Positions 63,029 to 64,000 of a DNA stretch of 64,000 bases are shown here, piece after piece. Under the pieces are notes generated by a model. That model did not search any database. It was not told the DNA's origin and was given only the letters and a program-made list of their open reading frames with translations. The position numbers were made by a program, and so were the translations under genes. This DNA comes from an uncultured SAR86 cluster bacterium. Its GTDB lineage: Bacteria; Pseudomonadota; Gammaproteobacteria; Magnimaribacterales; D2472. The DNA lies in contig CACJJI010000005.1 of the NCBI GenBank assembly GCA_902593675.1, positions 21,081-85,080 of the forward strand. The letters run 5' to 3'. How positions within the stretch are numbered: the first letter of the stretch is position 1; each line of letters starts with the position of its first letter.

Positions 63029-64000
63029 ACTGTTTCTTGAGAAATAAATCAGCGCCAGGGGTCAGTTGATAGTTTGCATCAGCAGCAAGGATGCAGGCTC
63101 CGGAAGTCCATGATGGCGTTTCTTCCGGCCAATAAATATTTTCATGAAATTGCCAGCCCATGTATGGTATGCCTTTTTCATCAACTATAGCGATTGCGTT
63201 AAGAAGTAGCTCCAATGCAATCTTATCTTCTCCAATTTTCTTAAATGCAATAGAACATTCACTGGTCTCCGCAACAGTTACCCATGGTTCATCTACGACA
63301 CATTTAATCCCTAGACCCTTGACCCAAAAAGAATCATTAATATTCTTTACAAGATTGTCTATTCTTTGTTTAGAATTAATTCCGCCCAAAATTGGATAAT
63401 ACCAATCCATTGAAAATCTGCTACGATCTTTCTTTAGATCAAAGATTTCTGCTGGATTTTCAAGTGCCGTTATTAGTCTTGAATGTGCTTCCCTCCACTC
63501 TAATTCAAGGCTCTGATATTTTAAAACTTGGCAAATCGCTATCGCACACTCAAGACTTTTTGCAATGGAACTACATCCCGTCAAAAGATAATCTTCATCA
63601 ATTTTTTCAGATTCATCTATATTCCATGCGATGGCTCCATTTTTATGCTGAAGAGAAAGTGAAAATAAAACACCTTTCTTAACTGGCTCCCAGAAATTTC
63701 TGAGAAAATTAATGTCAGTAGTAAGCAAATAAAAGTGCCAAACAGCAACAGCGATATATGAAGCATAATTCGTCTGTTTATTAAGCTCTAATGGCTTTTC
63801 ATCATGATATAAGTTATACCAACTGCCATCTTTATTTTGATTTACAACCATCCAATTAAGGCCTTTGAGAGCTTGATCGATATAACCTAAAGTAGTTAGC
63901 CCCATGACGGCCTCAAGATGGTCCCAGGGATCATGCGAGCCATCTTGATTAGAAGGGATAGCGCCAGAGAGAAATTGAGCATTGTCTAAAAATTTCCCCA
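63003..64000 (-). CDS. Prenyltransferase/squalene-oxidase-repeat-like alpha/alpha toroid protein (5' end beyond the window)
   Basis: The frame stays open to the window end (GKFLDNAQFLSGAIPSNQDGSHDPWDHLEAVMGL); QNKDGSW, QHKNGAI, FSMDWYYP, PWVTVAET. Confidence 0.72.
   Translation of the reverse strand, partial: GKFLDNAQFLSGAIPSNQDGSHDPWDHLEAVMGLTTLGYIDQALKGLNWMVVNQNKDGSWYNLYHDEKPLELNKQTNYASYIAVAVWHFYLLTTDINFLRNFWEPVKKGVLFSLSLQHKNGAIAWNIDESEKIDEDYLLTGCSSIAKSLECAIAICQVLKYQSLELEWREAHSRLITALENPAEIFDLKKDRSRFSMDWYYPILGGINSKQRIDNLVKNINDSFWVKGLGIKCVVDEPWVTVAETSECSIAFKKIGEDKIALELLLNAIAIVDEKGIPYMGWQFHENIYWPEETPSWTSGACILAADANYQLTPGADLFLKKQFMPELGKR

Overview
AT-rich, very gene-dense gammaproteobacterial core chromosome. 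Low GC, tiny intergenic gaps, a lipid-type TonB receptor, a DUF3604 gene and trimmed proteins suggest a streamlined marine lineage such as SAR86 (inference). About 60 CDS and one tRNA-Leu(UAA) are present. Blocks, from left: uvrC, a split-transketolase/epimerase cassette, pgi-pyrF-ihfBA-pheTS-rplT-rpmI-infC, rpsA-cmk-aroA-tyrA-hisC-pheA-serC-gyrA, pntAB, ubiG-HAD-yciK, scpAB-rluB, DAHP synthase with a DnaT-like/lambda-P-like pair, an RND pump, xseB-ispA-dxs, riboflavin genes, a TBDR/acyl-CoA dehydrogenase/thiolase locus, purA-hflCK-miaA-PII-waaA and lpxL. I see no rRNA, CRISPR, IS or prophage. The most notable observations are: (1) a tandem pair of NrdR-box-like sites 32 bp apart at the scpAB / aroG-dnaT-like-repP divergent promoter, suggesting dNTP-sensing control of condensin or helicase-loader genes; (2) a domesticated lambda O/P-like helicase-loader pair; (3) an RND adaptor lacking its alpha-hairpin; (4) a FadE23/FadE24-like heteromeric ACAD pair; (5) an apparent ~12.7 kb inversion; (6) domain and gene losses (PheT B2 domain, S1 domain 6, and hfq-hflX and riboflavin synthase missing from their usual sites). 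All product calls come from recalled motifs and gene order, not database searches.
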